This document shows, one piece after another, positions 13,045 to 27,312 of a stretch of 64,000 nucleotides of DNA (position 1 is its first letter; every line of letters starts with the position of its first letter). Origin of the DNA: Octopus vulgaris (Eukaryota); the NCBI GenBank assembly GCA_951406725.2, contig OX597814.1:213218001-213282000 (forward strand), read 5' to 3'. The notes under the pieces were generated by a model. The model worked only from the letters and a program-made list of their open reading frames with translations. It had not been told where the DNA came from and did no database searches. A program made the translations under genes and the position numbers.

Positions 13045-13465
13045 GTTCAACGAGACGGAGAAGTGTAGATGTGCTGGTTTGAGGACGGGGTGGCAGTTGA
13101 GAATGTAATAAAGACCCACGAGGCCGTCATTGTTGGAGATGAGGGGTAGATCGATTTGATGTCCATTGTAAAGGTGGGGTGGAAGGGCTGGGAAGGGAAA
13201 TGGATTTAAAAGGAGAAGGACATGATTGGTATCATAGATGTGGAACGGGATGGAAGCAGCTAAGCGGGAGAGAATGAAGTTCAGGTATTTCATTGTTGCA
13301 GTTACAAACAGAAGCTTTGGGGGCCGCCAAGGTTGTTGGTTTATGGATTTGGGAAAGAAAATATATGGTGGAGTATATGCGCTGCTAGAAGGAGGGGATT
13401 GGATCGGAGCGGGAGGAGACCATGTATGTGTTTATACATATTTACATACATACATACATACAAAC

Positions 13466-13625
13466 ATTTTTTTTTTCTCTCCTTGTTTTTTCTGCGTCCC
13501 TTTCTGAAGAAGAGCTTAGGCTCGAAACGTAAAATCCATTTTCTATTCCTGAGCGTTATACTAATACATATGTTTGTTTTATACACCACCTGTCTTCGTC
13601 TATTGTTTTTGTCGTAAACTCTCCC
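13466..13625 (+). mobile_element. PLE pLTR-like module ending in (TA)n
   Basis: Homologous to 14159-14340 (minus); contains a minimal hammerhead. Confidence 0.7.
13501..13534 (+). ncRNA. minimal type I hammerhead motif
   Basis: ttt-CTGAAGA-a-gagc(ttag)gctc-GAAAC-GTA-aaa. The palindromic ACGT stem III is of the dimer-requiring type known from PLEs. Confidence 0.75.
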
Positions 13626-13691
<66 letters not shown>

Positions 13692-14046
13692 ATATATATA
13701 TATATACATATGTATACGTGTGTGTGCGTGTGTATGCGTGTGTGTACGGGTGTGTGTGTGTGTGCATCATATTCAAAAGGCAAATATTTTACACGAGTAG
13801 ATTTTATACTGAAAAAGTAAAAAAAGAAAATGCTAAGAGAACTCTGTCATTGGAAAAAGGAAGATTGAATTTGCATTTTTAACGAAGCACCTACGGGTTT
13901 TGGTCGCATTTAGAAGACGATCTAGTCGTGCAGAAAAAAAATTAAATAACTTAACTTAGTCTTTTAAAATATTTCTGAAATTCGACCACCTCACTGCAAC
14001 AGCAGTCACACAAATGGAGTTAAACGCCAATATATATGTACATACA

Positions 14047-14147
<101 letters not shown>

Positions 14148-14158
14148 CATATATATAT

Positions 14159-14340
14159 AACGGGAAGCTTTATGAAAATAAACAAAAGACGAAGGCAGGT
14201 GGAATACAAACAAACAATTGTATTAGTATGGCGCCCAGGAATATAAATAAAACAAGTTTTTTACGTTTCGAGCCTACGCTCTTCAACAGAAAGATACACA
14301 GAAAAGAAACACGGAGAGAAACAAGGAGAGAGAAAAACAT
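14159..14340 (-). mobile_element. PLE pLTR-like module with variant hammerhead (CTGTTGA core)
   Basis: Reverse complement of 14257-14292 reads tttctgttgaagagcgtaggctcgaaacgtaaaa; the tail matches 13550-13625. Confidence 0.7.
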
Positions 14341-16170
14341 TCTTCTGCTGATTCGTTGCTGTTGAATTTCATTATTACTAAATTAATGGTGAGGAAATGA
14401 GTAAAGTTGGGTTATTCTTGCCTGCAAATCTTTCTGTATGTTCAGAAAGTCACGACGAGAAGAGATTTATCAGTGTTAGAACATATCTGCTTTGGTAAAT
14501 GGTATGCAACAACGTGAAATCATATATATATATATATGATAAGTCACTCAACGGAACTTTATTAGTTATGTCTCGCAATCTCAAAATAAAATCTACGTCA
14601 GAAGAACCGGGAATACAAACACAGCTAAGAGAAAAGTAGCACTGGAAAAAAATGAGGATTGAAACGTAACTATGAAAATTGAAATCTAGGCAAAATTTAA
14701 GAACACTTGTGACAAAATCCACGTTGAATTCAACAAAAAAGTACAGTGTTAGTTCCTGGAAAACATTTCAAAACTATTCTGTTGTATCTGGGGAGAGTCA
14801 TTTTCTTTTTGTGCCTAATAATGTAACACACTCACCGGTAAAATTTCCACTTATTTCTTATTTTTGTTTTCCTAAAATTTACGTTGCGTCATGCAACCTT
14901 TTCAATAGTCTTTACTCTCCCCAGACACAACAGAATATGCTTCAACACACGAACTCATATAAAGAATCTTGCAAACCAAATCCAAAAATGAAATATTTCA
15001 AAACTATAGAAAGAGAAATGCGAAACAGAAGAAATAGAATCTATTCAATGCGCGGAAGAAAACATACGCTGACGAGATTTTAAATTATGAAACCGTAGTC
15101 AAAAAGGAACACGCTTCTGACAACATTTTCCTGAAGAAAAAAACAAAAGCACAGTCATACACCGAAACAGTTTTGTAGACAAGAAGAAATCTAAACTTGT
15201 TCTTTGTCGAGAATATGATAAAAGGCAAACCCTAAACTTCGTTAAACTTCATTAAAATAGAAACATGGATAATTTACAAAGAATGCAAAGAAATAAATAA
15301 GTAAATTAAAAATATCACCTCTGAAGTTCGACATTACGACCTCCCCTCCCCAGACGATTCTAAGTTGATGACTAATTAAAGCAGACATGAGTTTAAAAAG
15401 TATCTTTGTGTAAATTACTTACTAAAGAATATAATAAATATCATTATCAACTGACTCCCAAATAAAATATATGACACAAAGTCTCACTTCAAAGCACCAC
15501 TGATTTTTTTTCTATTCAAATTCAATGTATATTTTGAAAGTATCCTCGCACATTCTAGGCGCCAAGAAGCAATCTGTTTGTTTATTTAGTATACAAGATT
15601 CATTAAATAACGATTTTTTTTTTCAACTACTTCACTGATAGATTCGAAACAAAGAATTTTCTATTACCAGTCTGTCTTTTCTTCAACTCCACCCCTCCGA
15701 ACACACACTCATACACCCACATGTACCTGTGCATATGTATATGCGTATGTGTGCGTGTGTGTGTGAGCATGCGCGAGTGTACATAGACACACATTTTTCC
15801 ATCAGACTTTGATATTGCACATTCAGTACTTACGATGACCTTCATTGTAACTTTTACAGTTATATAATTACAACGGCTATATATGGTAGCAAATAATCTA
15901 AAATTGGAAACTGTTGTATTTTTGTTGTTGTTAATTAGGTGAATTATAAATTAAGAGCAGGAGACGAAGAAACTTTGAAAGAAATTAATATCTTATTTTT
16001 CGCATACAGGAGGATGGGGGTCATGCTTTAAATAATTTCTTGTATATTTTAGATAGTAAGAGGTTAATGATTTTCTTTCCATCGATAATGAGAAGATATT
16101 TTTAGCACAATTAGTAATCTTATTCATATATGCATACACAGACACACACACACATGCATGCATCTATCTG

Positions 16171-16637
<467 letters not shown>

Positions 16638-16957
16638 TATATATATACATACATATAGTGAGAATTTAAAATAAAACAAAAGACGAAGACGATAAATATA
16701 GACGCACTCACACACACACACATATCTATTGGTGTGTGGGATTATGTTGATTGTGTATGTGCGCTTGTGTTTATGTACGTTTATGATATTATATATGTGC
16801 ATAGGTAGTAAGGTTTTCCAGTGTAGCAACCTGTATAATTACATTGTGTGTACGTTTGTTAGGTAGTGTGTGCATTTTTGTGATATATATTAATATACAT
16901 ATATATACACACACACATATACACATATATATATATATATACATCACATGATCACGT

Positions 16958-17130
16958 GAGGACAGACCGGATTAAGTCCATCGACCCCAGTGCGTAACTG
17001 GTACTTAATTTATCGACCCCGAAAGGATGAAAGGCAAAGTCGATCGGCGGAATTGTTTTCAGAACGTAACGGCAGACGAAATAGGCTACGCATTTTGCCC
17101 GGCGTGCTAACGTTTCTGCCAGCTCACCGC

Positions 17131-17131
<1 letters not shown>
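16958..17131 (-). mobile_element. SINE family A, tail replaced
   Basis: Matches 22417-22647. Confidence 0.88.
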
Positions 17132-17181
<50 letters not shown>

Positions 17182-17239
17182 TTATGAATGTATATATATA
17201 TATATATATATATATGTATTTATGAATGTATATATAATT

Positions 17240-17270
<31 letters not shown>

Positions 17271-18129
17271 TATATAATTATGTATGTATGCATTAATAAA
17301 TAAATATCCTTGTTGATAAATATCCACAAATACACACATAGAAAGAGAAATGGAGGCATACGTCAAGTTACGACATTTCGAGTTCCGCTATTTTCGACTT
17401 TACTTCGATCTCGGCGAGTATATCTAAACATATAAAAATATATTTTTAAAAAAACCCACCTGAACACCAATACTGAAATATAAAATACAATACAATAAAT
17501 GTGAAGATATGTAGAAATCATTTATCAAAACAGATATAAACCGATAAAATCTTTAAAAAGGTTTTTTCCGGTCAGATCGTTTTTTTCAAATTAAGTGTAT
17601 GACTTGGAAACAATTACTGACGTAAAGTGAGGTATTCTTGTATATGCTTGTTTATATACCGCTTGATGCTGTAGAATGAATGTTCATTTCGTATGACGTG
17701 GTCTATTTATTCTCTATTTATTCACTCTTATCAACGACACCATCCACATTATCCTACACTGCCTAATTTGTCGACAGAATAACGGGACATCAGAGGAAAA
17801 AAAAACCCTGTGTTTTGAAGAAAAAGTATCATCAACTTCAAACACGTTTGTATTTGTACCTGTGTTTGCGTGTGTGTATGTGCGTATATGAGTGTATTTA
17901 TCCTTATGCATGTTTGAATTCATATGTATTTTCGCACACACACACATGTGTATTGGTGTGTGGGATTGTGTTGATTGCGTATGTGCGCTTGTGTGTATGT
18001 ACGTTTATGATATTATATATGTGCATAGTTAGTAATGTATACCAGTGTAGCAGCCTTTATAAATTACAATGTGTGTACGTTTGTTAGGTAGTGTGTGCAC
18101 GAGAGTGTGCATTTTTGTGATATTTATTA

Positions 18130-18173
<44 letters not shown>

Positions 18174-18177
<4 letters not shown>

Positions 18178-18403
18178 CTTTATTACCCACAAGGGGCTAA
18201 ATACAGAGGGGACAAACGAGGACAGACAAACGGATTAAGTCGATTACATCGGCCCCAGTGCGTAACTGGTACTTAATTTATCGACTCCGAACGGATGAAA
18301 AGCAAAGTCGACGACGGCGGAATTTGAACTCAGAACGTAACGGCAGACGAAATACGGCTACGCATTTCGCCCGGTGTGCTAACGTTTCTGCCAGGTCACC
18401 GCC
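18174..18403 (-). mobile_element. SINE family A, full length
   Basis: Matches 22417-22647 over its whole length. Confidence 0.92.
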
Positions 18404-18404
18404 T

Positions 18405-18510
<106 letters not shown>

Positions 18511-18524
18511 TGTATGTATGTATA

Positions 18525-18563
<39 letters not shown>

Positions 18564-19164
18564 TGTATGTATTAATAAATAAATATCCTTGTTGATAAAT
18601 ACCCACAAATACACAAATAGAAAGAGAAATGGAGGCATACCTCAAGTTACGACATTTCGAGTTCCGTTATTTTCGACTTTACTTCGATCTCGACGAGTAT
18701 ATCTAAACATGTAAAAATATTAAAAAATAAAAACACCTGAGTACCAATACTGAAATATAAAATACAATACAATATATGTGAAGATATGTAGAAATCATTC
18801 ATTAAAACAGATATAATCCAATAAAATCTTTAAAAAGGTTTTTTTCCGGTCAGATCGTTTTTCAAATGAAGTGTATGACTTGGAATCAATTACTGACGTA
18901 AAGTGAGGTATTCTTGTATATGCTTGTTTATATGCAACTTGATGCTGTAGAATGAATGTTCATTTCGTAATACGTGGTCTATTTATTCTCTGTCTATTCA
19001 CTCTTATCAACGACACCATCCACATTATCCTACACTGCCACATTTTTCGACAGAATAAAGGGACACCAGAGGAAAAAAAAAAACCTGTGTTTTGAAGAAA
19101 AAGTATCAACAATTTCAAACACGTTTGAATTTGTACCTGTGTTGGCGTGTGCGTTTGTGCGTAT

Positions 19165-20710
19165 ATGAGTGTGTTTACTATTTTCGTACAAGTATTGCCT
19201 ATTCATTGCATTTCACTTTCTTGCTCGTGGTGGGGAAAAACACAGGCAATCAGATTCAATTTCCCACGGTATCGCTTTTGCAGGTCATCAACCTCAAAAA
19301 TATGTGTGTATATGAGTGTGATTATCATTATGCATGTTTGAATTCATATGTACGTGCACACACACACCCACACACAGACGCACACGTAAACACACCTAAA
19401 CACACATGCACACACACACACACGCGGGTATTTATTTTCTCCGTACAAGTATTGCCTATTCATAGCATTTCACTTTCTGATGCTCGTGGTGAGAAAAAAC
19501 ACAGACGAACAGATGAACAGTTTCAGTTTCCCACGGTATCGCTTTTGCAGGTCATCAACCCCAATATGGAGTATTTTGCAGGTCATCAACCCCAAAAATA
19601 TGGAGTAAATATGGAGTAGCGAGCCTGGAGGTATATTTACACTTCTGTAATTACACAGGTGGATATATTAGCGATCCTGTATCTGACATCGCAAACATTA
19701 AAGTAATCGTGTTGAGTCCTGATTAGCAGAAAGTTGAAGTGCTGCAGGAGGGAGTACATACATTGGTAACGGAAGCACTCCGTCGGTTACGACGATGAGG
19801 GTTCCGGTTGATCCGAATCAACGGAACAGCCTGCTCGTGAAATTAACGTGTAAGTGGCTGAGCACTCCACAGATACGTGTACCCTTAACGTAGTTCTCGG
19901 GGATATATTCAGCTGAACACAAGAGAGTGACAAGGCCGGCCCTTTGAAATACAGGTACAATAGAAACAGGAAGTAAGAGTGAGAGAAATTGTGGTGAAAG
20001 AGTACAGCAGGGATCACCACCATCCCCTGCTGGAGCCTTGTGGAGCTTTTAGGTGTTTTCGCTCAATAAACATTCACGACGCCCGGTCTGAGAATCGAAA
20101 CCACGATCCTACGACCGCGAGTCCGCTGCCCTAACCACTGGGCCATTTCGCCTCCACAGTTTCCCACGGTATCGCTTGTGCAGGTCATCAACCTCAAAAA
20201 TATGTGCGTATATGAGTGTGCTTATCCTTATGCATGTTTGAATTCATATGTACGTGGGCCCACACACACACACACACAGATGCACACGTAAACACACACA
20301 CACACACATGCACACACACACACACACGGGTATTTACTATTTTCGTACAAGTATTGCCTATTCATTGCATTTCCCTTTCTGCTGCTCGTGGTGAGAAAAA
20401 AACACAGACGAACAGATTCAGTTTTCCACGGTATCGCTTTTGCAGGTCATCAATCTCAAAAATATGTGCGTATATGAGTGTGTTTTTCCTTATGCATGTT
20501 TGAATTCATATGTATTTTCGCACACACACACACACAGACGCACACGTAAACACACCTACACACACCTACACACACACACGGGTATTTATTTTTTCCGTAC
20601 AAGTATTGCCTATTCATAGCATTTCCCTTTCTGTTGCTCGTGGTGAGAAAAAACACAGACGAACAGATCCAGTTTCCCACGGTATCGCTTTTGCAGGACA
20701 TCAACCTCAA
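19165..20710 (+). repeat. array of about 250-270-bp modules containing (CA)n
   Basis: tttcccacggtatcgctt.tgcagg.catcaa recurs at about 19260, 19528, 20160, 20422 and 20673; cgtacaagtattgcctattca recurs four times. Confidence 0.9.
19771..20156 (-). mobile_element. SINE family B, full length (duplicated copy)
   Basis: Near-identical to 20875-21267 including the 3' flank; lacks the second TSD half. Confidence 0.93.
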
Positions 20711-20874
20711 AAATATGGAGTAGCGAACCTGAAGGTATATCTACAATTCTGTAATTACACAGGTGGATATATTAGCGCTCCTGTATCTGACATCGCAAAC
20801 ATTAAAGTAATCGTGTTGAGTCCCGATTAGCAGAAAGTTGAAGTGCTGCAGAAGGGAGTACATACATTGGTAAC

Positions 20875-21267
20875 GGAAGCACTCCGTCGGTTACGACGAT
20901 GAGAGTTCCGGTTGATCCGAATCAACGGAACAGCCTGCTCGTGAAATTAACGTGTAAGTGGCTGAGCACTCCACAGATACGTGTACCCTTAACGTAGTTC
21001 TCGGGGATATATTCAGCTGGACACAAGAGAGTGACAAGGCCGGCCCTTTGAAATACAGGTACAACAGAAACAGGAAGTAAGAGTGAGAGAAAGTTGTGGT
21101 GAAAGAGTACAGCAGGGATCACCACCATCCCCTGCTGGAGCTCGTGGAGCTTTTTTTTTTTAGGTGTTTTCGCTCAATAAACACTCACAAAGCCCGGTCT
21201 GGGAATCGAAACCGCGATCCTATGACCGCGAGTCCGCTGCCCTAATCACTGGGCCATTGCGCCTCCA
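20875..21267 (-). mobile_element. SINE family B, full length, 26-bp TSD
   Basis: gcagaagggagtacatacattg(g/a)taa at 20848-20873 and 21269-21294. Confidence 0.95.
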
Positions 21268-21410
21268 CGCAGAAGGGAGTACATACATTGATAATAATAG
21301 CACACAATAAGACTCAATAATGTGACATTACGTATCGATGATAGATTATACAATTATTCAATCATTTCATAAATAGTTTCATCTTCGATCATGAAAACAT
21401 TCCAGGTAAG

Positions 21411-21650
21411 TATCTGACAGGTGTCTGATGCTTCTATCTGACAGGTGTCTGATGCTTCTATCTGACAGGTGTCTGATGCTTCTATCTGACAGGTGTCTGA
21501 TGCTTCTATCTGACAGGTGTCTGATGCTTCTATCTGACAGGTGTCTGATGCTTCTATCTGACAGGTGTCTGATGCTTCTATCTGACAGGTGTCTGATGCT
21601 TCTATCTGACAGGTGTCTAATGCTTCTATCTGACAGGTGTCAGATACTTC
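21411..21650. repeat. 24-bp minisatellite, 10 units (tatctgacaggtgtctgatgcttc)
   Basis: Eight identical units and two variant terminal units, with no spacers. Confidence 0.98.
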
Positions 21651-22416
21651 CTATTTGAAATAAAAATTCTGAAAATGAAATCTATTTACATAAATTTTTA
21701 ACGTCTCCAACAAATTCCTGATAAACTACCAACGCCCGGATATATTCTGCAAAACAATAACTCTTTACTCGAATGAGTAGTGTTCCCAAGGCATTATTGT
21801 ATTATGAAACATTATCAAATCTAGGTGATCTGTTGATCTAGTCAAGGCCTCGACCAATTCTGGCCGAATTTTATCAAAGTAACTAAGTCTATTAATATCG
21901 CAAATACATTCTGTAAAAAAAAAAAAATCTTATTGCTTAATAATTGTTGTATGTTATTGGGAGGGGACTTGAATACTGTACGCCATCTGCCCTAAAGAAC
22001 AACATCTATGCTCATACAAATGCGAGGGGTTTGTTTAGTAGTTTTTCGGGTTTGTTTTGGAGGGGGAAGAAAGGTTTTTTTTTTTTAAACAGGATTTTTG
22101 AAAAAATGTTTCACTTTCAGAATTTCACCGTATCTTAAAACAGATAATTTTTTAAAAAATAATTTGGAAAATGACATTAACAAGGAAATGTAGTTGTAAG
22201 TTTGAAATGCTTTTCGTTGTGTAAAAACTATAATCTCCTATGTTTGAAAACATACGAAACCAAACGAATTTTTGAAAATACAGTGGTGGCAAGGTTGAAC
22301 AACAGACATGCTGGTTCAAAAGGCAGTAGGGGTGTATGATTTGACGAAGATTTGGCTAATATTTCCAGCAGATCTATCGGTCCCATGCCGTTAGCACGAG
22401 ATTTCGATTAACATAT

Positions 22417-22647
22417 ATTTCTTTACTACCCACAAGGGGCTAAACATAGAGAGGACGAACAAGGACAAACAAACGGATTAAGTCGATTACATCGACCCCA
22501 GTGCGAAACTGGTACTTTTATTTATCGACTCCGAAAGGATGAAAGGCAAAGTCGACCTCAGCGGAATTTGAACTCAGAACGTAACGACAGACGAAATACC
22601 GCTAAGCATTCCGCCCGGTGCACTAACGTGTCTGCCAGCTCGCCGCC
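22417..22647 (-). mobile_element. SINE family A, full length, 14-bp TSD
   Basis: TSD ttcgattaacatat at 22403-22416 and 22648-22661. Central gactttgcctttcatcctttcgg.gtcgataaa...agtaccag resembles the Meta domain. Confidence 0.95.
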
Positions 22648-24687
22648 TTCGATTAACATATGTTTACCATACATCCACGTTTCCGCATATGAGAGGAACA
22701 TATCCAAAATCTTTTGTAAGTTTATTTCTAAAACATGGAATTTTGATAATTGTTTTTTCAGTTTTGCAGTCTCTGTATTTTGAAATGAATAATTCAAATA
22801 AAAAAAAATCAAAAGAAGTCATAATCACAAGAAAATGTTAGCAAATGTGGTTGAATTGGAATTTTGCAATGTCTTTTTGGCAAAATATTAATCTCCATTA
22901 TTAGAAACAATAATCTGAAGAAATTTTCGAAACATAAAATTACAGATGAGGTGACTCAGCCACACGTCTGTTCAATCTTTTACACCTCCTCATTCAAATT
23001 TACAACCAACGCTTTGTTCTCTGCTTTCGTTTCTTTATCTCTACTTTAATTCACTTTATATTTACTTTATATTCTAACTTATGAGTCCACTGAATATATT
23101 TTCACGTACTACTATTTTTTTCTAAAGTTTGATATTATGTTCTCTTCTATATTTCATTTGTTATATAACACCATTGTTTCAATATATAGTAAATTGCTCA
23201 AAGTAACATGTGGTGTGCACATCTAGATATTACTGATACGTAGAAACCCACTGAAAGCTAATGCTATTTTAATAAATGCAAGATGTTTTTATGAGACAAT
23301 GCCATTGTTTTAACACCTATCTGAATGTTCTAAAAAACAACACGAAATTTATGTGTTACTGATATGTAACTGTCAACAAAAGATAATACTACTTTTACCT
23401 TTCTTCACATATGCAATTATATCGTATGCTGTACTTCTTATCAAAACTAATAATGTTTTTCTACATTTTTTTGTCTTTCATTTAAACCACATAAACATTA
23501 ACATATAATTATTTATATCCTCGATTATATTCCAATATATTCATTTTGACAGATTTTTCTTTTAATTTCATATCCTATATTTTTCTTTATGCTGTTTCCG
23601 AAATAATAGCATTGTTTCCAAATATACCGAATTGCCGTCAGTAACGACACGTAGTTTATACATACAAGATTTGATAGGGCTGTGTCAAATCAATAATAGT
23701 TTACATATTGATTTATCACGACCCCATAAAAGACAATGTTATTTTAAGATGTGCATATTTTATATACATTTTAGTACACCTAAGCAAGTATTTGGTTTTT
23801 GTCGTGCTTTGGACTAACAGATTTACAATTCTTTCACACTTATATCGATTTTTTGACGGCCTGATACGTCTGTGTGTGTGCACACGCGTGTATATGTGAG
23901 TGCGTGTGTGTGTACATGTATACACACACACACACATATACATACATAAAACTATATTCTGTAAAGATTGAATATATATGTTTGATATTTATCTCTATGC
24001 GTATCTCTAAGTCTTCTTATGATATGAATAACCTGAGCCACAGTATTTTTTCAACTATCCGTTCAACCTACCCTCAATATCTCTCTGCGTCATGTAGCCA
24101 AACCGGAGTAAAATATTAATTTTTATTTATTTATCTAAAATCAATATTCAAAAGTTCCCTTCAATTTTTAGCAGATATCAGTCATAAGAGAGATATTTTC
24201 CAACGGAAAAATTTTATATTTCCGTTACTTTCTAAATACACCGTCACTAAACAAAAAGATATCTCCATTTTCCGATGCAATCAGGGTATCTTTAATATAT
24301 CATTTATTTAACCCTCGTTCTTGTATTATTATTTCTTCTAACATACCTAATGATTGTTCTCCTTAATCTGCTTTAACTATTGTATTTCATTCGTGTATAT
24401 ATGTTATATGTGTATATAATTATATAATCTTTTCGGAAAAAAGATAACGTTCTATAATCTTTTACGATGTCAATCAATAGTTGTTTTAAGTTTTGTGTTG
24501 TATCTTATGCGTTATGAATTCTGTTCTAAAACATGGAAATATATCCTGTTTCAAGAAATTATTATTTCCATTACATTTTGTTATTCATCTATCACAACTG
24601 CAAACCCATATGTTTCATCTTATTAGATATAAATTGTTTATTCCCTTTCATAATGACATGAATTTATTTAATCTGTTATGTATTGCT

Positions 24688-24810
24688 TGTTTCAGTCGTT
24701 GAACTACGGTTATGATCAGCCACCACCTTTTAGATCTTAGTCGATCAATCGACCTCAGACAATTTGTTAAGTCTAGTTTTTATTCCACCTGTTTTTTTTT
24801 TGCCGAATCC
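24688..24810 (-). mobile_element. SINE family C 3' part, old
   Basis: cttgtttcagtc...caccacctttt..tagtcga.caatcgacc...tttgccgaa. Confidence 0.6.
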
Positions 24811-25217
24811 ATTTCACAAAAGTGTTAAAATAGTTTAGAATTTAAAAAGAATTAATATACACATTTTATAGACAGTGTTTTAAAAAGCTGAATACTTGCC
24901 TTAATAATACTTCGAATTTATTCTATTTTTCTCTACAACAAAACACTATCTCTCTCTTCAGTTCACATGTCCACGTTTAGGTACACATGTTTCTTTCTTC
25001 TTTCTGTACAACTTGTTGTTCCTACTTTCATTATCTTATACCCTGAACGTAAAACACCTTTCTCAATACACATACACTAAGTATAACTTTTAAACTATCT
25101 ATTAGTTATTTAAGTATGATTATCGTTAAACATTTGTTTTAAAAGAACCAGTAGCTATAAACCTTTAATCTATAAAGCTGGCCTGTTCAGATTTTAATTT
25201 ACCTTTGATTTCTTTAT

Positions 25218-25678
25218 TCCTATGGTTGCACTCGATATGGTAGCCAATATAAGTGCAGGCGTACAAAGCTAAACTGGTCCAAGGACGGGGGCACATTACG
25301 ATATATCTTGTCAACTACACCATAGGCCGTACAATTTATCACTGCATATATTAACGATTAAAACAACATCGAAATACATATAAAACCCTTCAGGACATCT
25401 AGCAATAACATTTTTCAATCACATTTTGTTCCACAACATCCAGATAAATATAAGAAAACATATATACGTAGAAATATCAATAATATCTATGGCGCTTTCT
25501 GAGATAAAAACTATCGACAGGAAATGCAGAATAATTGTATTGTGACTGTGTTTCCTATGGTTGCACTCGATATGGTAGCCACCAAACTGTGCGGACGTAC
25601 AGAAATGGTCCAAGGACGGGGGCACATTACGATATATCTTGTCAACTACACCATAGGCCGTACAATTTATCACTGCAT
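25218..25678 (+). repeat. about 130-bp direct repeat (25218-25348; 25552-25678)
   Basis: ttcctatggttgcactcgatatggtagcca...tggtccaaggacgggggcacattacg...atttatcactgcat occurs twice. Confidence 0.92.
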
Positions 25679-26039
25679 GTCGGATTCTATGCTATGATCG
25701 TCAGCTTGATGGAAACGTGGTATAAATAGGAAGATGTGTCTGTGTGACACGACTTGTTGTCCTCTCAATTACTTACGCGTCAAAAAGGTGCTCTGTCAGA
25801 TGTGAACTGGGGCACAACAGTAACATTAGGTAATGCTTTTCGAACCGGCGGGAGTACCTTTACGTAGTCGCTGGATCGACTTATTATTGATTGCTAACTA
25901 CATGCTGGAGTTCTGAATTTTCTGCCTTTCACGTCTGATCTGTGTTTTCTCAAGAACGCAATGAATTTGCTGGCTTTCTTACAGTGTAACATATATAAGT
26001 TGTCACAATACACTTGTTAAAGAGCTTTTACGATTAATG

Positions 26040-26330
26040 ACTTAGGAGGTTAGAGAGAAATATATTTAGATACGTTTTAAATGTCTCGGGAATAACTTTG
26101 GCCAAGTTTCAGAATTGGGGAATTGGGTGAATAGTTGCAAGCCCTTGGATGCAAAGCCGTAAATGGTTCTGATGAGCTTCATCCTGTTCTGTTGAGCTCC
26201 ATATGGTCTGGAGGAGAAAGTGTTACTTTAGGAACTACACTGTCCAACTTCACTTCTTTTTGTCTATCTTGCAAAAGTTTTGAGCAAGATTCTCGATAAA
26301 CTTCCTTATGTATGACAGCAATTGTTTTCG
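26040..26330 (-). mobile_element. CR1-group LINE ORF2 C-terminal remnant
   Basis: Degenerate translation GFASKGLQLFTQFP...ETFKTYLNIFLS resembles the GPxLFNxLP...FKxxLDxFL terminus. Confidence 0.4.
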
Positions 26331-26454
26331 GTATATGCATGTGTGTTGATATATACGTGCTTTACATGTATAGATACAATTGTGTGTGTGTGTGTGTGTA
26401 TGCGTGTTTTACGTGTGTGCGTGAATGTGTGCATATATATACTCACAAACATTC

Positions 26455-26568
<114 letters not shown>

Positions 26569-27312
26569 GAGCGTGGATATATGCGGCTTGTTACATACAA
26601 ATTACCTCTAGCGCATATGCGCAAACTGCAGTATGTTGTATACTGAAAAACATCTAAATTAATTTTACATCCTCTGGCCTTCTTGTCGTAAGCTATATTA
26701 AATTGTATGGTAATTTATTTGATGATGCATTTTTATTCATTAATTTCAGCAAATTCAAATATATTTTATGTTTCTATATTTGTTTCTCTAAAATGTTAAT
26801 TACTGATTATCTCATTGTTGTTACTCCGCCCGGAAGAACAAATTGGTTCTTCAAACGTACGTTGCTTTAGGCTGTTGATGTATGTGTCTATACACAGCAG
26901 AAAATCTCCAACTTATTAGCTGCATGCTGTAAATATAGAAAGGTAGACGGTCACGAAATAGCAATATAACTGTCTGCTTTCGAAGTGTTTAAATAAATCG
27001 ATAACAATCGATTATTAAACGTGCTATATCGTTCCACCAGAAACTGACTTAAAAGCTGCAAATCGAAGATATTTTAATTGTTAACTAGATTCTGTTAATA
27101 TAATGCTATAGGTACTATTAAGCCGTTTCATGTGACCAATTGTGAATCATGAATTACTAGCATTCTCTCGCGGTATCCGATATAAATATTGAATATGATT
27201 TGTCACATTGCATAAGACGCTTTTAATTCTCACTCTACTCTACATTATTTATATTCAAACGAGCTATTTTGCTTAGAGTCTGTTGATCTCAATTACAATA
27301 TTTGATGTTGAG

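Noticed and set aside
20697-20830. Possible terminal exon after ttttgcag (GHQPQKYGVANLKVYLQFCNYTGG...SPD*), duplicated near 19600-19726
   Set aside because: Differences between the copies are mostly non-synonymous, the acceptor is part of the tandem module, and the peptide is unrecognised.
21411-21650. CRISPR-like periodic repeat
   Set aside because: Units are contiguous with no unique spacers, there are no cas genes, and the context is eukaryotic.
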